A stretch of DNA of 44,303 nt from a virus. Lineage: Duplodnaviria; Caudoviricetes. The notes beneath the pieces were generated by a model. It was not told where the DNA came from. It did no database searches and saw only the letters and a list, made by a program, of their open reading frames with translations. Of this stretch, positions 43,313 through 44,303 are shown piece by piece; the stretch's first letter is position 1, and every line of letters begins with the position of its first letter. Both the position numbers and the translations under genes were made by a program. Location: the IMG/VR virus record IMGVR_UViG_3300031820_000009, positions 1 through 44,303 of that record; one strand, 5' to 3'.

Positions 43313-43335
43313 TATACTCCCCTGTTTGCCCTCAG

Positions 43336-43399
43336 GGGCGCGTGACGGAATCGAACCGTCAGTGGGATCAGCTAGGCCCCACTCGCTGCCAGCCGCGCC
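43336..43399 (-). ncRNA. D-arm-less tRNA-like RNA (64 nt)
   Basis: Acceptor-like stem GGCGCG/CGCGCC, perfect T-arm GACGG-TTCGATT-CCGTC, 7-bp stem AGTGGGG/TCCCACT with a 9-nt loop; no D-stem, no encoded CCA. Confidence 0.55.
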
Positions 43400-43437
43400 T
43401 ACGGCTAGATTACTCGCTGCCGCCCCGAGATTGAGAC

Positions 43438-44303
43438 TTACGCGCGCTTCGAACGCGTCCCCTTCGCGGGGGAGGTGGCAGGCGCCACGGCAACAACACC
43501 TAGCTTGGGTAGCTCTGCCTTCGGCGAGGCGAATTTGGCGAGATACGCCTCCCGAGTCTCCGCCGTCAAGTGGTCAGGTGTGATCGAACCGTCCGGATCA
43601 AAGCCAACCTGTACCAACGCGGCCCTGGCTTGCTCCGCCATAGGCGTTCCGAGCTGATAGAATGCGCGGTACTCGTGAATGTTCGCCAACATTTCGCCGG
43701 GGATGTCAGAGTCGAGCTTGTACCCCGACTGTACTTTGGCCTGCTCCCACGGCGGAGACGTGACCGCTCCGAACGCTTGCGGAGTCTCTCCGGCGGGCTC
43801 TCCGCCGTATTGCTTCTCCAGCCACGTTGTAGCCGCATGGCTCATCCGAATGGGATCGACAGCAGCCGTCCGGGAGGTGCCGACGGGGCGCTCGCCACAA
43901 AGCCGAGCGTTGACGAACCGTTTCGTATTCATGCCCGTAGCTTCATCGAATGAAGGATCGGATAGCTCGTGGAAGATCGTCCCATCGAATTCACGGCCGA
44001 TCAGATCCTTCGCGGGATTGAGCTGCTTTCCGATCTGCACCTGCACCTTGCAAGCACGGATCAAACAAGCGAGTCTATCCTTCATGAATTTCGGCGACTC
44101 CTTGCTCCCTGCGTAGAGCCCGTCGGTCGGCATTCCAATCGCAACCTTGTTCGCGTTATCGTACGCCTCAACGACGACAAAGCTGGCTTTCAGCATCACG
44201 TGAGGCTTATCGCCACGCTTCGCCTTCGGCTCGCAGCCGACCACCTTGAATCGATAATCCCCGATCGGGAGACGCTTGAATTCCCCACCTTCGTTCGGCG
44301 TGG
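43438..44303 (-). CDS. 3' part of putative ssDNA-binding protein (DUF669-like), begins at position 255 across the junction
   Basis: Frame is continuous through the terminal overlap; DLIGREF; low-complexity C-terminus. Confidence 0.65.
   Translation of the reverse strand, partial: TPNEGGEFKRLPIGDYRFKVVGCEPKAKRGDKPHVMLKASFVVVEAYDNANKVAIGMPTDGLYAGSKESPKFMKDRLACLIRACKVQVQIGKQLNPAKDLIGREFDGTIFHELSDPSFDEATGMNTKRFVNARLCGERPVGTSRTAAVDPIRMSHAATTWLEKQYGGEPAGETPQAFGAVTSPPWEQAKVQSGYKLDSDIPGEMLANIHEYRAFYQLGTPMAEQARAALVQVGFDPDGSITPDHLTAETREAYLAKFASPKAELPKLGVVAVAPATSPAKGTRSKRA
44104..44303. repeat. Terminal overlap copy 2
   Basis: Matches 1-200 with one synonymous mismatch. Confidence 0.97.

Noticed and set aside
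1-44303. Genome-wide TAG reassignment (genetic code 15)
   Set aside because: Conserved genes are intact under code 11 with no internal TAG and no canonical suppressor tRNA was found; only local readthrough remains possible

Overview
The window is a complete, circularly permuted genome of a GC-rich tailed dsDNA phage with a contractile tail (myovirus). Bases 1-200 recur at 44104-44303 with one mismatch, giving a unit length of about 44,103 bp. The + strand carries a primase-helicase (4593-6824), an iteron-rich putative origin, small genes, terminase, portal, head genes, neck/sheath/tube/chaperone/tape measure/baseplate/fibre genes and a lysis cassette (to 36281). The - strand carries small early genes behind duplicated sigma70-type promoters, RHH and Fis-type regulators, a MazG-like pyrophosphatase, a uracil-DNA-glycosylase/family A DNA polymerase fusion, a stand-alone class II RNR C-terminal (TSCPD) domain and an SSB/Sak4/Cas4-like nuclease/SNF2 recombination module. 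I saw no integrase or CI-type repressor. The most unusual signals are: two signal-peptide-bearing genes inside the virion module; a 64-nt D-arm-less tRNA-like element; a large terminase that lacks an ATG/GTG start and SD and sits in frame behind an amber codon, part of a wider set of in-frame TAG junctions; apparent leaderless promoters; a duplicated promoter-plus-gene early cassette; and a holin-like/lipoprotein lysis protein. All family assignments are motif recognition by eye plus synteny, not database searches.
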